A stretch of DNA of 32,000 nucleotides from Vibrio vulnificus CMCP6. Its GTDB lineage: Bacteria; Pseudomonadota; Gammaproteobacteria; Enterobacterales; Vibrionaceae. The stretch covers positions 2,391,127 through 2,423,126 of the forward strand of contig NC_004459.3 in NCBI RefSeq assembly GCF_000039765.1, written 5' to 3'. This document shows positions 31,965 through 32,000 of this stretch, in pieces; position 1 is the first letter of the stretch; every line of letters begins with the position of its first letter. Under the pieces are notes generated by a model, which was given only the letters and a program-made list of their open reading frames with translations, was not told where the DNA came from and did not search any database. Both the position numbers and the translations under genes were made by a program.

Positions 31965-31969
31965 CCGTG

Positions 31970-31996
31970 AGCCCAGCGTTATGCTGGGCTTTTTTG
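31970..31996 (+). terminator. Rho-independent terminator after ydiJ
   Basis: AGCCCAGC-GTTAT-GCTGGGCTTTTTT. Confidence 0.9.
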
Positions 31997-32000
31997 TGAA

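Overview
The window is a chromosomal segment of a Vibrio-like gammaproteobacterium, judged from protein content and synteny. No rRNA or tRNA genes, CRISPR array, transposase, integrase or prophage structural genes are supported. The left third (about 1.2-11.7 kb) is an envelope-related block. It contains a minus-strand operon of a beta-barrel-like protein and a very large metzincin-type lipoprotein (HELGHNLGLRH plus Met-turn). It also contains a TetR-family regulator divergent from that pair and a plus-strand operon of an RND/MMPL exporter, a LolA-like/COG2834 periplasmic protein and a DUF1302-like outer-membrane protein. Four near-identical 13-bp palindromes (TGACGAnnnGTCA-type) flank the TetR gene and the exporter start, which makes this the best candidate regulon in the window. 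Next come a bacteriohemerythrin-GGDEF diguanylate cyclase, pheS-pheT, a NAD-salvage block (pncB, NrtR-like regulator, pncA-like nicotinamidase), ihfA, relV (with an apparent signal peptide), tpm, purT (with a perfect PurR-like palindrome), cdd, a small zinc-ribbon-like protein, a Sel1/TM/J-domain protein, an OmpA-like glycine-zipper lipoprotein, DUF2786 and DUF3334 proteins, and ydiJ. All family assignments are by recognition of sequence motifs, not database search.
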